Assembly: GCF_001194135.2 (NCBI RefSeq)
Contig: NC_068985.1
Coordinates: forward strand, 16,999,958-17,063,957
Direction: 5' to 3'
Origin: Octopus bimaculoides
Lineage: Eukaryota
DNA length: 64,000 bases
The position numbers were made by a program, and so were the translations under genes. The notes beneath the pieces were generated by a model that was not told the DNA's origin, made no database searches, and saw only the letters and a program-made list of their open reading frames with translations. The stretch's first letter is position 1. Each line of letters opens with the position of its first letter. Positions 61,258 through 64,000 of this stretch are shown here, piece by piece.

Positions 61258-63284
61258 GGGCAGATTGAGAGAAGGGGCAGCAGGGGAGGAAAGATGGATG
61301 GAGTGAAGGATAAAGGGTGAAATGGGAGTGGTGATGGGGTAGGGGAAGAGGCTGGGGCTGTGGGAAGGGGGAGAGAGGGAGGTGAGTATGGAGTACGAGG
61401 AGGAGAAGGAAGGAAGGAAGGGGAGGAGGAGGAGGCAAGAATGTTGTTCTAAACTACATGTTGATCATTTATGAAACATAATTATCAACAAAACAGACAA
61501 AAAATAAATAATAAAAGCCAAAAAATTCATTGAAATGAAGAAGACTAGAAGGCGAGAGAGAGATAAAGCAGCTTAGAGAGGAATTCTCATGAAGATAAAG
61601 ATATTTGTAAAGAACACAGATTGAGAATTTTACTTTTGTAAATTCTTATAAACACAGGAAAAAGTAAATAAACTATGCTAATTTATTTTAATGGTCATAC
61701 TTTAGACGTTCAGTTCATTACTACATGATTTCAAGTTCAATTTCACTGTCAGGCACCTTGGAACAAGGATCTTCTGCGAAAGACTCGGGTCAATGAAAGC
61801 TTTATGAGTGAAATCTATTGGAGGGAAATTGGGTGAAAACTCATTGGAAGAATCAATTTTTGCTTTGGGGTAGTATACTTCAATTGTTGCTTGGCCCTTG
61901 GGTGAAATTGGAATGAGACAATTAGGTACAGCTGTTTGGATGCTGGCAATTTGGCATGGCTGAGTGGACGTTTAAAACCTGTTTTGGAGACAGTACATTT
62001 TGGCATGTGCACATGCAGAGAAACATACACATAGAAATAGAAAGAATGAGAGAGAGATTGGGAGAAACAAAACATCTCATGTCAAATAAGTCAGCATCGA
62101 CTTAGTGACACCAAATAGGCAGCACCAAAATGGCACTCCTAGAGTGCCTTAAGCAGAGTATGCTCTGATGCAAGCAGTTGGGCCAAGTTTTGGTCAGAGG
62201 ATGGCTTCCTTCATCAAACAGTCTTTGAAAAGGTCTTGGACAATACCTTTCCTCTGACTAAATCAGGCAAAAAATTATTATTATTAATAATTAAAAAAAA
62301 AAAACAGAAATAGGCATAGAAGCATGGGTTGTGTGGTTAAGAACAAGACTACTTTACAACCACATGATTTCAGGTTCAGTCCCACTGGGTGGCACCTTGG
62401 GCAAGTATCTTCTATTATAGCCCCCAGGCTGACAAATAACTTGTGAGTAAACTTGGTAAACAGAAACTGTGTGGAAGCCTATGGTGTGTGTGTGTGTGTG
62501 TGTGTGTGTGTCTATGGTAAGTGACTGGTTATAATGTCAGCAAGGAGTGTCAATATCATCATCATTGTTTCTTTATCAAGCAGTGATAAACATAGACTGC
62601 CAACATCCACACACATAAGAGAATAAAATATATTCAGTTAGAAACAAGGAAAATGTGATTGTAGAAGGAATAGACAAAGATGTTGTTCAAGTATAATATT
62701 GCAAAACAGAATGATGAAAATATTTATTCTTCACTCCTGTATGAGTCACACCCATTCATAGATGCTCAGAGTTAAATTCACTGTGTTGTTGTTTTTGTTG
62801 TTTAGCCTAAGGTCAACTGTGATTCAGCAAACCTATAATCAAAGGCATACCAGCAGTGACCATCCCATCTTTTTAGAGGTGTTTAGGAATACATTGTCTG
62901 ATGTGTTCTCCCTTAGGGAGGGTGATTCAAGAAAGATTTGGCTGCTATTTCTAACAAGACAAGTGGCTGTATAAGGGCTCCCTCAAAGGCTCATACTCAC
63001 TATATGTGAGTGTGAGCGTGTGTGTGAGTGCTTTCAGATATGTGTATGTATGAATCTGTGCTGATGTGTGTATTCTTTTCTTTTATATGTTTCAGTCATT
63101 TGACTGCGGCCATGCTGGAGCACCAGCTGTAGTCGAGCAAATCGACCCCAGAACTTATTCTTTGTAAGCCATAGTACTTATTCTAGCAGCATCTTTTGCT
63201 GAATTGCTAAGTTACGGGGACGTAAACACACCAGCATCAGTTGTCAAGCGATTGTGGGGGAACAAACACAGCCACACAAACACT

Positions 63285-63341
<57 letters not shown>

Positions 63342-64000
63342 AGCTTCTTTCAGTTTCCAACCTATTATCAAAAGCATACGAGTAGTGACCATCCCATCTT
63401 TTTAGGAGTGTTTAGGAATACATTATCTGATGTGTTCTCCCTTACGCAGGGTGTAATTCGAGAAAGATTTGACTACCAAATCTACTCACAAGGCTTTGGT
63501 CAACCCAAGGATATAGAAGACACTTGCCGAAGGTGCCACGCAGTGGGACTGAACCCGGAACCATATGGTTGGTAAGCAAGCTACTTGAAACAGCAACGCC
63601 TGCGCCTATCTTTGTGGCAAATAAGTTAACTATGGTGCTGTAATGTTTTCAATAGTGCTTTCTCCTTAAGGTGGTGAGCTGGCAGAATTGTTAGCACAAA
63701 ATGCTTAGCATTTTGTCCATTTCTATGTTCTGAGTTCAAATTCTTCTGAGGTTGACTTTGCCTTTTCATTATTTCAGGGGTGATAAAATAAATACCAATT
63801 GAACACTGGGGTCAATGGAATTGACTTAACCCCTTTCCACAAAATTACTGGTTTTATGCTAAAATTTGAAACCAGTAGTGTTTACTCCATCTTTTGTATT
63901 ACATAAACTAAGTTTATCTATTGAGGAATTTGCCCTTGCGGGTTGCCATATCTCATTGTGAAGAAACTATTTATGCCAATCCCACAGTTATAACCCAAAA

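Overview
AT-rich, repeat-dense animal genomic DNA with several N gaps. The SINE, RTE-tail and microsatellite content resembles what I recall of octopus genomes; this is inference and was not checked by any search. One protein-coding gene is supported, on the minus strand: a spliced SH2-domain protein. It has an internal exon at 41213-41059 (start of the SH2), a terminal exon at 34567-33859 (rest of the SH2 plus a CxCG and WW-like C-terminal module), a middle SH2 exon that probably lies in the N gap at 36859-37257, and a possible ATG exon ending at 56433. The remainder is mostly transposon material: tRNA-derived and RTE-tail SINEs, mariner, Tc2/pogo, hAT and TTAA-flanked MITEs, foldback palindromes, Penelope GIY-YIG fragments, REL-endonuclease non-LTR retrotransposon ends inside (TAA)n tracts, and decayed LINE RT pieces. 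The most notable non-coding signal is a 343-bp insert flanked by a 14-bp direct repeat (47042-47384). It carries a type I minimal hammerhead ribozyme fold at the tip of a long hairpin and looks like a retrozyme or Penelope-derived element. Two further decayed hammerhead-like motifs occur near 19578 and 53147. Most other ORFs in the six-frame track are microsatellite, gap or repeat artefacts.
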